From positions 374-64,373 of the forward strand of contig JANNWV010000086.1 in assembly GCA_031408815.1 (NCBI GenBank): DNA of 64,000 nt, in the 5' to 3' direction. Position numbers and translations under genes: made by a program. The notes under the pieces were generated by a model, which did no database searches, was not told the origin of the DNA, and was given only the letters and a program-made list of their open reading frames with translations. This stretch comes from Gammaproteobacteria bacterium (GTDB lineage Bacteria > Pseudomonadota > Gammaproteobacteria > Xanthomonadales > Xanthomonadaceae). Shown in pieces: positions 46,756 to 58,555 of this stretch (its first letter is position 1; each line of letters opens with the position of its first letter).

Positions 46756-48438
46756 TTACTCGCCCTTGTTGAGCTGCTCACGCAGCAAGGCGCCGAGCTT
46801 GGTCGTGCCGCTGGACGCGTCGGATGCCTTGTTGACCTCGGCCATCGACTCGGCAACGTCTGCCTCGTCCTTGGCGCGGATCGACAACTGCATGACGCGG
46901 CCCTTGCGGTCCATGCCCATGTACTTGGCTTCAACGCTGTCGCCAACCTTCAGGTGCTGGGTTGCGTCTTCGACGCGCTCCTTGGCGATGTCGCTGGCGC
47001 GGACATAACCTTCGATGCCGTCGGGAAGTGCAATCGTCGCGCCCTTGGCGTCCACTTCGCGAACGATGCCGGTAACGATGGCGCCCTTCTGCGTGGTGGC
47101 CATGTAGGTGCCGATCGGGTCCTGCTCCATCTGCTTGACGCCCAGCGAGATGCGTTCGCGTTCCGGGTCAACGGCAAGCACGACGGCTTCCAGCGTGTCG
47201 CCCTTCTTGTAGTTGCGAACGATGTCTTCGCCAGTGGTGTTCCAGCTGATGTCGGATAGGTGCACCAGGCCATCGATACCGCCGTCCAGGCCGATGAAGA
47301 TGCCGAAGTCGGTAATCGACTTGATTTGACCGGAAACCTTGTCGCCCTTCTTGAAGATGGCGGCAAACGCTTCCCACGGATTGGACACGCACTGCTTGAT
47401 GCCCAGCGAGATGCGGCGACGCTCCGCGTCCACGTCCAGCACCATCACTTCGACATCGTCGCCGAGCTGCACGACCTTGGACGGGTTGACGTTCTTGTTG
47501 GTCCAATCCATCTCGGACACGTGGACCAGGCCTTCCACGCCCGGCTCGATTTCGACGAATGCGCCGTAATCGGTGACGTTGGAAACCTTGCCGACCAGAC
47601 GCGCGCCGGTCGGGTAACGACGGGCGATGTTGTCCCACGGATCTTCACCGAGCTGCTTCAAGCCGAGCGAAACGCGATTGCGCTCGCGGTCGTACTTGAG
47701 CACGCGGACTTGCAGCTCTTCACCCACGTTGACCACTTCGGACGGATGGCGCACGCGCTTCCAGGCCATGTCGGTGATGTGCAGCAGGCCGTCAATGCCG
47801 CCCAGGTCCACGAACGCGCCGTAGTCGGTGAGGTTCTTGACGACGCCGGTGACGATCGCGCCTTCCTGCAAACGCTCGAGCATCTGCTCGCGCTCGACGC
47901 TGTTCTCGCTCTCGACCACTGCGCGACGGGAGACGACGACGTTGTTGCGCTTGCGATCGAGCTTGATGATCTTGAACTCGAGTTCCTTGCCTTCCAGATA
48001 GCCGGGATCGCGCACGGGGCGCACATCGACCAGCGAACCGGGGAGGAATGCACGGACGTCGCGGATGTCGACGGTGAAACCGCCCTTGACCTTGCCGCTG
48101 ATGCGGCCGGTGACGATCTCGCCAGCTTCCATCGAGGTCTCGAGTTCGTCCCAGACCATGGCGCGCTTGGCTTTCTCGCGCGACAGCACGGTTTCGCCAA
48201 AGCCATTTTCCAGGGATTCCAGCGCCACCTTCACGGTGTCGCCGACGGCGACTTCGAGCTCGCCTGCTTCGTTACGGAACTGCTCGATCGGAACAACGCC
48301 TTCGGACTTCAGGCCGGCGTTGATGACCACCATGTCGGAGCGGATCTCGACCACGATGCCGGAAACGATGGCGCCGGGCTTGAGCTTGACGAGGGCGATC
48401 TGGCTTTGTTCGAACAGTTCAGCAAATGATTCGGTCAT
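46756..48438 (-). CDS. rpsA: 30S ribosomal protein S1
   Basis: 560 aa from [13 protein letters not shown]; six S1 repeats. The track ORF extends 64 codons upstream without support. Confidence 0.97.
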   Translation of the reverse strand: MTESFAELFEQSQIALVKLKPGAIVSGIVVEIRSDMVVINAGLKSEGVVPIEQFRNEAGELEVAVGDTVKVALESLENGFGETVLSREKAKRAMVWDELETSMEAGEIVTGRISGKVKGGFTVDIRDVRAFLPGSLVDVRPVRDPGYLEGKELEFKIIKLDRKRNNVVVSRRAVVESENSVEREQMLERLQEGAIVTGVVKNLTDYGAFVDLGGIDGLLHITDMAWKRVRHPSEVVNVGEELQVRVLKYDRERNRVSLGLKQLGEDPWDNIARRYPTGARLVGKVSNVTDYGAFVEIEPGVEGLVHVSEMDWTNKNVNPSKVVQLGDDVEVMVLDVDAERRRISLGIKQCVSNPWEAFAAIFKKGDKVSGQIKSITDFGIFIGLDGGIDGLVHLSDISWNTTGEDIVRNYKKGDTLEAVVLAVDPERERISLGVKQMEQDPIGTYMATTQKGAIVTGIVREVDAKGATIALPDGIEGYVRASDIAKERVEDATQHLKVGDSVEAKYMGMDRKGRVMQLSIRAKDEADVAESMAEVNKASDASSGTTKLGALLREQLNKGE

Positions 48439-48589
48439 TGTTGTTTCTCGGTTGAACACACGGGCTGGCGGCTTGGCCGGGCCCACCTGTTGTGCGCAGA
48501 TGCGCGTGGATGATCCCGCGACGGATGCCGTGGGGGTTTCTCTGCCTGGGAAAGCGCCCCCGGTGGGGAGCGGACGATGGAAACGGAAA

Positions 48590-49276
48590 CTAGCAGGGCT
48601 GCAGGGAAGCCGGCAGCACCGCGAGCACACGTTCGATCACCTCGGTGATCGGCATGCCAGTGGAATCCAGGATCACCGCGTCGTCCGCGGGTTTCAGGGG
48701 TGCCACGGCACGTCCGGCATCGCGCTCGTCACGAGCGGCGATTTCGTGCAGCAGACTTTCAAGATTAACGGAAACCCCTTTGTCTTTCAACTGCTTATAG
48801 CGCCTTCTTGCCCTTTCGGCGGCGCTTGCCGTCAGGAAGACCTTGTAGGGGGCATCCGGGAAGATCACCGTCCCCATATCCCGTCCATCCGCCACCAGGC
48901 CGGGTTTGGCCCGAAACCGGAGCTGAAGATCCACCAGGGTGGCCCGCACCGGCGGGTGTGCGGCTATCGCCGAAGCGGCGGCGCCAGCGGATTCGGTCCG
49001 CAATGCGCGGGTCGCATCCTTGCCGTTGACGATGACGTGGGGCTCGCCTTCGCCGTCGGTGATGAAGCGGATTTCAGTCCGGGCCGCGCAGGCGGCGATG
49101 GATTCGCCGTCGCTCAGGTCAAGACCCTCCCAGGCGGCCGCGAGGCCGACCGCGCGATAGATCGCCCCCGAGTCGAGGTAGTGCCATCCCAGGCGCTGGG
49201 CCACGGCCCGGCTGATGGTGCCCTTGCCGGAGCCTGAGGGGCCATCGATGGTGAGTACGGGGATGGGGCGGGTCAT
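48590..49276 (-). CDS. cmk: (d)CMP kinase
   Basis: 228 aa from [20 protein letters not shown]. Confidence 0.93.
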   Translation of the reverse strand: MTRPIPVLTIDGPSGSGKGTISRAVAQRLGWHYLDSGAIYRAVGLAAAWEGLDLSDGESIAACAARTEIRFITDGEGEPHVIVNGKDATRALRTESAGAAASAIAAHPPVRATLVDLQLRFRAKPGLVADGRDMGTVIFPDAPYKVFLTASAAERARRRYKQLKDKGVSVNLESLLHEIAARDERDAGRAVAPLKPADDAVILDSTGMPITEVIERVLAVLPASLQPC

Positions 49277-49349
49277 GGACTTTCGATTGTAGCCGTAGCG
49301 CGGGTCGCAGACGTCTTGCCAGTACGCGTGATCATGCCGGCGCGCGCGA

Positions 49350-50654
49350 TCAGGACACGCGCAAGGAGAAACCACTGGCGGAGGAAATGTCCAAGAAGCC
49401 CGGGAAAGACGTGTCGACGTTGGCGCAATCCAGGATTTCGACCGGGCTGGAGGCCAATTGGCCGGCGATTGCGAGGCTCATCGCGATTCGGTGGTCTCCG
49501 TGGCTGTCTATGCGGCCCCCGTGCAGCGCCCCACCTTCGATCACGGCGCCGTCAGCCGTCTCCTCGAGCTTGCAGCCTAGCGCCTGGAGGGCGTTGCTCA
49601 TCACCGCCAGGCGATCGGATTCCTTGACGCGCAATTCCGCCACCCCCTGTATCCGTGTCACTCCCGACGCCAGTGCCGCAGCGACGAACAGCGCGGGAAA
49701 CTCATCGATCATGTCCGGGACCAGCGCTGTGGGAACCGTGATTCCGCGCAGCGGCGCGTAGCGCACCCGCAGGTCCGCGACGGCTTCACCACCCTGCTCG
49801 CCCGCGCCCTCCTCGCTGATGTCAGCACCCATCAGCCGGAGTGCCGCGAGTAGGCCGGTGCGCCGGGGATTCATCCCAACCCGGCGAACGAGCAAGTTCG
49901 AGCCAGGCACCACGGAGGCGGCGACCAGGAAGAATGCCGCAGACGAAAAATCGCTGGGAACGCTGACATCGGTGGCCCTCAGATTGCCGCCGCCCTGCAG
50001 GCTCGCGAAGCCTGGCCTGAACACGACCGGGTAGCCGAACGCGGCCAGCATTCGTTCGGTGTAGTCGCGCGTTGGCTGCGGTTCGACTACCGAGGTTTCA
50101 CCGTGGGCATACAGGCCGGCGAGCAAGGCCGCGGATTTCACCTGAGCACTCGCCACAGGACATTTATAATCAATGCCTTGCAAACTGTTACTAACGTGAA
50201 TGGTGATTGGCGGCAAGCCCCCTTCGCGAGTCTCGATCCGGGCGCCCATCCGGGCCAGCGGCGTCGTGATTCGGCCCATCGGCCGACGTGACAGCGACGC
50301 ATCGCCAACCAGCCGACTGGGAAAGGACTGACCGGCAAGCAAGCCTGCCAGCAGCCGCATGCCAGTACCGGCATTGCCGCAATCGAGATCGGAATCGACA
50401 CCCTTCAGCCCGTGCAGCCCCACGCCGTACACCCATCTCTGGCCGGGACCCGGTGTTTCGATCCGGACCCCGAGTTGTTGCAGAATCCGGGCAGTCGCCC
50501 GGGTGTCCTCACCCTCGAGGAAACCATCGATCCTCGACGTGCCATCAGCAATAGCCGCGAGCATCAGCGCGCGGTGCGAGATCGACTTGTCGCCAGGAAC
50601 GTCGACGACCCCGGTGATGGGACGGCCCGTCGATGCCTTCCAGTCCAGCCTCAT
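49350..50654 (-). CDS. aroA: 3-phosphoshikimate 1-carboxyvinyltransferase
   Basis: 434 aa; [26 protein letters not shown] motifs; 4-nt overlap with hisC. Confidence 0.95.
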   Translation of the reverse strand: MRLDWKASTGRPITGVVDVPGDKSISHRALMLAAIADGTSRIDGFLEGEDTRATARILQQLGVRIETPGPGQRWVYGVGLHGLKGVDSDLDCGNAGTGMRLLAGLLAGQSFPSRLVGDASLSRRPMGRITTPLARMGARIETREGGLPPITIHVSNSLQGIDYKCPVASAQVKSAALLAGLYAHGETSVVEPQPTRDYTERMLAAFGYPVVFRPGFASLQGGGNLRATDVSVPSDFSSAAFFLVAASVVPGSNLLVRRVGMNPRRTGLLAALRLMGADISEEGAGEQGGEAVADLRVRYAPLRGITVPTALVPDMIDEFPALFVAAALASGVTRIQGVAELRVKESDRLAVMSNALQALGCKLEETADGAVIEGGALHGGRIDSHGDHRIAMSLAIAGQLASSPVEILDCANVDTSFPGFLDISSASGFSLRVS

Positions 50655-51772
50655 GACAGTGCCTGGTCGAGCGCGGCCAGCAACTGCAGGTTGTCGCCAC
50701 GGGCGCCCACGGTGATACGCAGACAGTCAACCAGTCCGTAACCTGCCATGGGCCGCAGGACGACGCCCTTGCGCACCAGGCTGGCTTCGATGGCGCTGGC
50801 GTCGCGCTCGAAATCGACCAGCAGGAAATTGGTTTGCGATGGTCCTACGCCTAGCCCACGCAGGCGCAGCTGGTTCGCCAACCAGTCGCGCTCGGCGGCA
50901 TTGGCCGAGCGAACCGAATCGAGATGCGTCGGATCCGAAAGGGACGCGGCGGCGGCGGCCAGTCCCGGCGTCCCGACGTTGAAGGATTCGCGAACGCGCT
51001 CGAGCACGGCGATCAGGTCGCGATGCGCGCAGGCATATCCGACGCGTAATCCGGCCAGCCCGTGCGCCTTGGAAAACGTGCGGGTCACGACCACGTTGGG
51101 AAAGCGATCCAGCAGGCCCACCGCCGACACCAGGTCAGGCGAGGTGACGAACTCGAGATAGGCCTCGTCCACCACGACCAGAACATCCGGCCGGATCGAT
51201 TCAAGGAAGGTCGCCAGCGCAGCGGTGGAGAACCAAGTGGCCGAAGGATTGTTCGGATTGGCCAGGTACACCAATTGCGTGCTGGCATCGATCGCAGTTG
51301 CGATGGCATCCAGGTCGTGGCCTCGTGGCATCGCCGAATCGACCGGCAGCGCGGGCGCACGGACCAGGGGCGCGCCCGCTGCCTGCGCTGCGATGGCGTA
51401 GACCGCGAATCCGAACTCCGACGCGACCACGCCTGCATCCGGCCCGGCAAAGACCTGCGCAAACATCATCAACAGTTCGTGCGAGCCATTGCCCAGCATC
51501 AACTGGGCCGGATCGACTTGCAGATGCACGGCCAGTGCCGCCTTCAGCTCCGAACCCAGGGGATCGGGATACCGGTGCAGGCTGGCGACACTATCGCGGA
51601 CCGCCTGCACTGCCCGCGGGCAGGGACCGAACGGGCTTTCATTGGAGCCCAGTTCGACCAGCGCGCCATTGGCAAACTTGCGGCGCAACGCGACGATGTC
51701 GTGGCCCGGGTCATAGGCGCGGAGGCGGCGGATCCCGCCCTGCGCCAGGGCCTCGAAATCAGGGCTTGCCAT
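50651..51772 (-). CDS. hisC: histidinol-phosphate/aromatic aminotransferase (class II PLP)
   Basis: 373 aa; NPNNPS and TFSKAHGLAGLRVGY (PLP lysine) motifs. Confidence 0.85.
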   Translation of the reverse strand: MASPDFEALAQGGIRRLRAYDPGHDIVALRRKFANGALVELGSNESPFGPCPRAVQAVRDSVASLHRYPDPLGSELKAALAVHLQVDPAQLMLGNGSHELLMMFAQVFAGPDAGVVASEFGFAVYAIAAQAAGAPLVRAPALPVDSAMPRGHDLDAIATAIDASTQLVYLANPNNPSATWFSTAALATFLESIRPDVLVVVDEAYLEFVTSPDLVSAVGLLDRFPNVVVTRTFSKAHGLAGLRVGYACAHRDLIAVLERVRESFNVGTPGLAAAAASLSDPTHLDSVRSANAAERDWLANQLRLRGLGVGPSQTNFLLVDFERDASAIEASLVRKGVVLRPMAGYGLVDCLRITVGARGDNLQLLAALDQALS

Positions 51773-51774
51773 TG

Positions 51775-52890
51775 TCAGAGCAACGCCACCGGATAGGAGC
51801 CTAGGATCTTGACGTCAGCGGCATACTCGCCAAGTTCGGCGATGGCCCGCTTCACTGGCTCGTCGTCGACGTGCCCGGCCACGTCGATGAAGAACGCGTA
51901 TTGCCACAAGCCTGCGTGCGACGGCCGCGATTCGATGCGGTTCATGCTGATGCCGTGCTTGGCGAACGGACTGAGCACGTTGTAGAGCGCGCCAGGCTGG
52001 TCGCGGACGAAGACCAGCAAGGACGTGCGGTCGTGGCCCGAGGCGTTGAAGAGTTCGCGGCCCAGCACCAGGAACCGTGTCGTATTGTCCTGCCGGTCCT
52101 GGATCGGACCCGCCACGGTCTTCAGGCCGTACACATGCCCGGCCGACTCGCCGGCGATGGCCGCGGCATCATCAGCATTACGCGCGCGACGCGCGGCTTC
52201 GGCGTTGCTGGAAACGGCAAGTTTTTCGGCATCAGGAAGGTGCTGGCGCAGCCAGGCCTTGCACTGGGCAAGCGACATGGCGTGCGAGTAGACGCGCTCG
52301 ATGTCTTCAAGCCGACCGGTTCGCGACAACAGGTATTGGTGGACATGCAGTTCCACCTCGCCGCAAATCTTCAAGCTGGAGGTCAGGAACATGTCCAGCG
52401 TGGACTGGATGGTGCCCTGCCCTGAATTTTCCACCGGCACCACGCCGAAGTCGGCATGCCCTGCTTCCACTTCCTGGAACACTTCCTCGATGCTCGACAG
52501 GGGCAAGCCGCGGGCCGAGTGGCCGAAATGCTTGATCAGCGCCTGCTGGGAGAAGGTGCCCTCCGGACCGAGGTACCCAACTTTCAGGGGCTCCTGCTGC
52601 GCCAGGCAAGCGGACATGATTTCGCGGAACAGGCGCAGCAGCACTTCGTCGGCGAGCGGGCCATCGTTGCGGTCGAGGACCTTGCGCAGGACCTGCGCCT
52701 CGCGCTCGGGCCGGTAATAGTCGATGGCGGCCTTCAGCGGCCCTTTGGCCTTGCCGACGCGCTGCGCCCAGCCGGCGCGTTCGGCGATCAGCTTCTGGAT
52801 CTGCTGGTCGATGCCATCTATCCGCTCGCGCGCTTCAGCCAGCGCGGGAGTGGGTGGCGTGGGTGGTTTCTTGCCGCCGCGCGTAGGCAT
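51775..52890 (-). CDS. pheA: bifunctional chorismate mutase / prephenate dehydratase (P-protein)
   Basis: 371 aa; CM_2 N-terminus (RERIDGIDQQIQKLIAERA), PDT core, C-terminal ACT domain (ESRP). Confidence 0.92.
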   Translation of the reverse strand: MPTRGGKKPPTPPTPALAEARERIDGIDQQIQKLIAERAGWAQRVGKAKGPLKAAIDYYRPEREAQVLRKVLDRNDGPLADEVLLRLFREIMSACLAQQEPLKVGYLGPEGTFSQQALIKHFGHSARGLPLSSIEEVFQEVEAGHADFGVVPVENSGQGTIQSTLDMFLTSSLKICGEVELHVHQYLLSRTGRLEDIERVYSHAMSLAQCKAWLRQHLPDAEKLAVSSNAEAARRARNADDAAAIAGESAGHVYGLKTVAGPIQDRQDNTTRFLVLGRELFNASGHDRTSLLVFVRDQPGALYNVLSPFAKHGISMNRIESRPSHAGLWQYAFFIDVAGHVDDEPVKRAIAELGEYAADVKILGSYPVALL

Positions 52891-52893
52891 GGC

Positions 52894-53979
<1,086 letters not shown>

Positions 53980-54057
53980 GTAAATCCTCGGTTTAGGGTC
54001 AGGCTATCACGCGCTTTGACGACACGTTGCGCGGCCTTCGAGTTTGCTTGAAGGGTT

Positions 54058-57000
54058 CTAGAGTCGCTGCTCAAATTCGGTGGCCGGCATGGCCATCGCG
54101 AAAAGTCTGCCCTGGCCGAATTCGCAGCCCAGTTCCAGCAGCAGTTGCCGCTGTTCGTCGGTTTCGATGCATTCCGCAGTGAGCAGCAGCCCGAGGTCCT
54201 TGGCGAAGCCGGTAATCGTCTTCACGATCGCACGGTGGCGCGGGTTCACGGTGACATCGCGCACGAAGCTCTGGTCCACCTTCAGGGCATCGAATGACGA
54301 GGCGGCAAACGCCTCGAGGGACGAATAACCGGTGCCGAAGTCATCCACGGCCAAGCCCACGCCCAGGGCCTTCAAGGCCTCCAGCTGCTCGCGCGCATGG
54401 CTGCTGCCGGACCGGAACACGCTTTCGGTGACTTCCAGTCGCAGGCAACTGGGCGGCAACTTGTAATTCTGCAGCAGGTGGAAGACGTCCTCGGTGAGCT
54501 CGGGCGAGCCCATCTGCCGCTCGTCCACGTTGACGTTCATCACCAGGGTGCGCCAATCGGGTCGCTGGTGCCGCCAGAGCGCCAACTGGCGGCAAGCCTC
54601 GCGCATCACCCAGCCGTCGAGGTCCACGATCAGCCCGGTTTCTTCGGCAAGAGGCAGGAACTGCGATGGCTGCAAGAGGCCGCGCAGCGGGTGTTGCCAG
54701 CGCACCAACGCCTCGGCCCCGACCAGGCGACCGCCGTCGAGAGCAACAATCGGTTGGTAATGCAGCACGAATTCCGCGCGCTCCAGCGCCAGGCGGAAGT
54801 CGGTTTCCATCTGCAGGCGCATGCGCGCCTCGGCATGCATGCCCTCGTCGAAGACCACGAACCCTGACTTGCCCGCCGCTTTGGCGCGGTACATGGCGTT
54901 GTCCGCATCGCGAAGAACCTGGTCGGGCGACTCGTAGTCGGGGCGTCCGAGCACGATGCCCATGCTGACCGCCGAAAACACCTGTTGCCCGCCGATGCTG
55001 AAGGGTCGCTCGAAAAGAGCCAGCACCCGTTTCGCCACCGAGACCGCACGCTCGTAATCGCATGGGCCTTCGGGAAGCAGAGTGAATTCGTCGCCGCCGT
55101 AGCGGGCAATCATCACTTCTGGCGCAAGCTCGTCTTCCAGTCGACGCGCAATCTCCAGCAAAAGCCGATCGCCGGCGCCATGTCCGAGGCTGTCGTTCAC
55201 CCACTTGAAGCCGTCCAGGTCCAGATAGAGCACCGCGTAGGCGAACCTGCCCCGGCGCTCGTCGGGTATCAGTCTCTCGCCGAGCATGCGGTTGAACAGG
55301 GCACGGTTGGGCAGGCCGGTCAGTGGGTCGTGGTTGGCGTGGAAGCGCAGCCGCGACTCTGCTTCGCGCTGCCGGGTGATGTCGATGATGGTGCCGGTCA
55401 GGTGCCTGCGACCATCCACCTGCACCGGCCATACGCTCACTTGCGCGTACACGCGCTGGCCGTTCCGGTGCAGCAGGCAACTCTCGAAATCGCGGGTCAG
55501 CTCTTCGGAATCTTTGGCGGATTCGCTGATGGGCAATCCTTCCTCGAGGGTCTCCGGCGCCAGGATCTCGCCATAGGTCTTGCCGATCAATTCATCGGGA
55601 GGGAATCCGAGCATTTCGCACAGGGACTGGTTCGCATAGACGATCCGCGCCTGGTCCAGGATGAAGACCCCTACGTGGCTCTGTTCGACCAGCGTGCGGT
55701 ATTTGTTTTCCGAACTGATCAGCGCCTGCTGCATCTCGCGCCGGTCTTGCACGTCCAAAGCCGATCCGGTGAAGTGGGCAGGCCGCCCGGTTTCATCGCG
55801 GGTGAGTCGCACGTTGGTGCTGACCCAGCGGGTATTGCCGTCGATGTCGAGGACGCGCGTCTCGTGGTGGTTAAAGGCGCCGTCGCGCACGGCGCGTTCG
55901 ACCAGTAATTGGCGCTCGGATGGATCGGCATAGACTTCCAGCATGCTTCCAAAGCGCTGCTTGAGGGCTTCGGGGCTGGGAAATCCCAGCATCGCCGCCA
56001 TCGCCGGATTCACTTCGCTGATCTCGCCATCCAGACTGCTACGAAACAAGCCGACCGGGGAATCCTCGAACAGCTCCCGATAGCGTCGCTCCGCTTCCAC
56101 CAGCGCACGCTGGCTCTTGCGCTCTTCGGTCACGTCGCGAAGCGTGCCGGTAGAGGCAATGTCGCCTTGATAGTCCACGGCATCGGCCCGCACTTCGCAG
56201 AGCACGCGCCTGCCGTCTCGCCCAACCATCGTTATTTCATACATCTGCAGCTCGCGCGAGCCGGCTTCGCGCTGCCGCCTGCGTTCTTCCTGGGCGGGAA
56301 CGTCGTGTTCGTCCACCAGGTCCATGTACGGCAGGCCGATCAGTTCACTCGGCTGGTAACCGAGCATGCTGGACATCGCCGGATTGGCGAAGCGCACGAT
56401 GCCGCGCTGGATGAGGAACACACCATCGCGGCTGTTGTCGAGCAACACCTGGTAGAGGTTCTGTGATTGCGCGAGGGCCTGCTCGGCCTCGACCTGCACG
56501 GTGATGTCCTCGAGCGTGCCCTCGAAAAAGATCGGTGCACCGGCCGGGTCGCGGATGACCCGCGCATTCTCGCTGACCCAGATGCGGCTGCCGTCGCGAC
56601 GGTAGACCTGCACCCGGACCTGGTCGATCCGGCCGAGTTCAAGCAGACGGTCGTTCTCGACCTGGTCGGATTTCTGGTCTACGTAGATGTCGCGGGCGCG
56701 CTTGCCGTGCGCCAGCAATAGTTCCGCAGGGGAGTCGTAACCCAGGATGCGCGCCATGGCCGGATTGGCATCCAGGAAGCCGCCCCCGGGCAGGCTTCGG
56801 TAGATTCCCTCGGACGCCGACAGGAACAGGTCGCGATAAAGACTCTCGCGACGGTTTCCTTCTTCGGCCTTGTGATGCTCGGGCAGGATCTGCAGCAGGC
56901 AGAACAGCAGGCTTTCATTCGCCCTGCGTAGCAATTCGACGTGCAAGCGCCCGCTCAGCACCCTGCCGTCGGCACAGCGGACTTCAGCGGCGGCGTCGAC

Positions 57001-57216
57001 GACGCGACGGTGGACACTGAGGCTTTCCCACAATTGCGCGCGGAACTCGAGGTCCGACCAGAGCCCGACATCAATGGGCATGCGGCCAATCACATCGGCG
57101 CGCGCGTATCCGGTGAGAATTTCAAAGGCCGGGTTGATGTCGATGAAACGCCCGTCGTCTGCGCTGAGCAGCGCGACGATACTTTCAGACGATTCAAAGG
57201 CCTCTACCAGGCTCAC
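54058..57216 (-). CDS. multi-PAS GGDEF-EAL signalling protein
   Basis: 1052 aa; at least four PAS/PAC-like repeats; RYGGDEF with no RxxD at the I-site position; EALVRW and DDFGTGYSS EAL motifs. Confidence 0.88.
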   Translation of the reverse strand: MSLVEAFESSESIVALLSADDGRFIDINPAFEILTGYARADVIGRMPIDVGLWSDLEFRAQLWESLSVHRRVVDAAAEVRCADGRVLSGRLHVELLRRANESLLFCLLQILPEHHKAEEGNRRESLYRDLFLSASEGIYRSLPGGGFLDANPAMARILGYDSPAELLLAHGKRARDIYVDQKSDQVENDRLLELGRIDQVRVQVYRRDGSRIWVSENARVIRDPAGAPIFFEGTLEDITVQVEAEQALAQSQNLYQVLLDNSRDGVFLIQRGIVRFANPAMSSMLGYQPSELIGLPYMDLVDEHDVPAQEERRRQREAGSRELQMYEITMVGRDGRRVLCEVRADAVDYQGDIASTGTLRDVTEERKSQRALVEAERRYRELFEDSPVGLFRSSLDGEISEVNPAMAAMLGFPSPEALKQRFGSMLEVYADPSERQLLVERAVRDGAFNHHETRVLDIDGNTRWVSTNVRLTRDETGRPAHFTGSALDVQDRREMQQALISSENKYRTLVEQSHVGVFILDQARIVYANQSLCEMLGFPPDELIGKTYGEILAPETLEEGLPISESAKDSEELTRDFESCLLHRNGQRVYAQVSVWPVQVDGRRHLTGTIIDITRQREAESRLRFHANHDPLTGLPNRALFNRMLGERLIPDERRGRFAYAVLYLDLDGFKWVNDSLGHGAGDRLLLEIARRLEDELAPEVMIARYGGDEFTLLPEGPCDYERAVSVAKRVLALFERPFSIGGQQVFSAVSMGIVLGRPDYESPDQVLRDADNAMYRAKAAGKSGFVVFDEGMHAEARMRLQMETDFRLALERAEFVLHYQPIVALDGGRLVGAEALVRWQHPLRGLLQPSQFLPLAEETGLIVDLDGWVMREACRQLALWRHQRPDWRTLVMNVNVDERQMGSPELTEDVFHLLQNYKLPPSCLRLEVTESVFRSGSSHAREQLEALKALGVGLAVDDFGTGYSSLEAFAASSFDALKVDQSFVRDVTVNPRHRAIVKTITGFAKDLGLLLTAECIETDEQRQLLLELGCEFGQGRLFAMAMPATEFEQRL

Positions 57217-57283
57217 TGGGTTTTCCTGCTTGCGTGCTGTTCAGGATACCGCTCGCCGCGTCGGGAACCTAACAAACCGGGGC

Positions 57284-58162
57284 TCAGGCCGCGCCCAGCC
57301 CCGGCGAGTAGACCAGCAAGGCAGTCATGGCCGCCGCGAGCACGGCTGCGGCTGCGATCAGCCACCAAAGCGCGCCCGGGTCCGCAGGTGGCGGTGCATC
57401 GGACGGCTCCTCGGTGCTGGGAGCCGAGGCATACGGGCCGGGCACCTTCACCGACTTCATGGTCTGGGTGTGCGCCATCGCGCCAGCACCGCGAACGCCG
57501 GCCTGGCCGCGCGCCGGCAGCCCGGGAGCTTCGAGCAGGAAGCGATGGCCATCGATCACTACCTGGTCGCCAGGCGAGAGCACTGCGTCCCGCACGGGTA
57601 TGCCGTTGACGGTGGTGAACTCGCTGTCACCCAGGGCGCGCAGCACGACCTTGTCGGTGTGCAGCTCGAACTGGGCCTGATGCTCGGCCAGCGCCGGGTC
57701 GTCGATCCGGATGTCGCAGTCGGGAGCGCGGCCTACCACCTTGGGGTCGGTCAACGTGAAGCTGCGTCCGTACAGGGCTCCGGACATGGCACGGATGACA
57801 ACGCGGCTGGCACTGACCCGCTGGGCCTCGCCGAGGGTCGCGGGAGCGGAGACCGGAATCTTCCGGTCGATCACGGCGACGCTGTCTTCGCCCAGGACGA
57901 TTTGTACTTTTTCGAGGCATACCTGGTCGCCGACATGCAGCAGGGCGGCACGCTTGACCGGTCGGGCATTGAGGTGGACGCCGGGCGTGCCTGCGGGCAC
58001 GCGCAGCCAGATGCCCCGCCGGTCGGAGACCAGGCTGACGTGGTGCGGCGCCAACGAGTGGTCCGGAAGGCAAATGCCCTGGCCCTGTCGGCTGCCGATG
58101 CTCAACTCACCATGGTCAAAGGCGACACCGGGGTGCTCGCCATTGGGAAACGTCAATTGCAT
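57284..58162 (-). CDS. double FHA-domain protein with C-terminal TM tail anchor
   Basis: 292 aa; two FHA-like modules (SIGSRQG...HVSL, VVGRAPDCDIRIDDPALAEHQAQF...NG); Pro-rich linker; C-terminal helix ALWWLIAAAAVLAAAMTALLVY. Confidence 0.8.
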   Translation of the reverse strand: MQLTFPNGEHPGVAFDHGELSIGSRQGQGICLPDHSLAPHHVSLVSDRRGIWLRVPAGTPGVHLNARPVKRAALLHVGDQVCLEKVQIVLGEDSVAVIDRKIPVSAPATLGEAQRVSASRVVIRAMSGALYGRSFTLTDPKVVGRAPDCDIRIDDPALAEHQAQFELHTDKVVLRALGDSEFTTVNGIPVRDAVLSPGDQVVIDGHRFLLEAPGLPARGQAGVRGAGAMAHTQTMKSVKVPGPYASAPSTEEPSDAPPPADPGALWWLIAAAAVLAAAMTALLVYSPGLGAA

Positions 58163-58279
58163 CCCTACTCCCTCCGAGCGCCGAATCTAGCACACGGCTT
58201 GGTACCGCTTCTTGGTGCAGACGTGAAAACCACGCAGAATAGGTCGCATGCGGCGCCAATCTGCCGTGGACGAGGAATC

Positions 58280-58555
58280 ATGCCCAGCATCGAGATCAAA
58301 CGCCCGCATTCCCGCCCCATGGCCGAAGCGAAGAAGAAAGTCCAGCGCGTGGCCGACCATATCGCGAAGAAGTTCGACGTGACGTATCGGTGGGAGGGCA
58401 ATACCCTGCACTTCCAGCGCAGCGGCGTCGACGGATACATCTCGGTCACTTCAAAACTGGTCCATGTGACGGCCAACCTGGGGTTCCTGCTGATGGCCCT
58501 GCGCGGCCCGGTCGAGCGAGAAATCCACCGTTACCTGGACGAAGAATTCAGCTGA
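58280..58555 (+). CDS. putative polyhydroxyalkanoic acid system protein (PHA_gran_rgn family)
   Basis: 91 aa from MPSIEIKRPH (GAGGAA RBS); a small family seen next to phasin genes; call is from memory of TIGR02610-type proteins. Confidence 0.6.
   Translation: MPSIEIKRPHSRPMAEAKKKVQRVADHIAKKFDVTYRWEGNTLHFQRSGVDGYISVTSKLVHVTANLGFLLMALRGPVEREIHRYLDEEFS

Noticed and set aside
48439-48589. The 151-nt region upstream of rpsA, as a novel structured RNA.
   Set aside because: A long structured leader is expected for rpsA because of S1 autoregulation in E. coli. I could not define a convincing fold by eye, so nothing is claimed.
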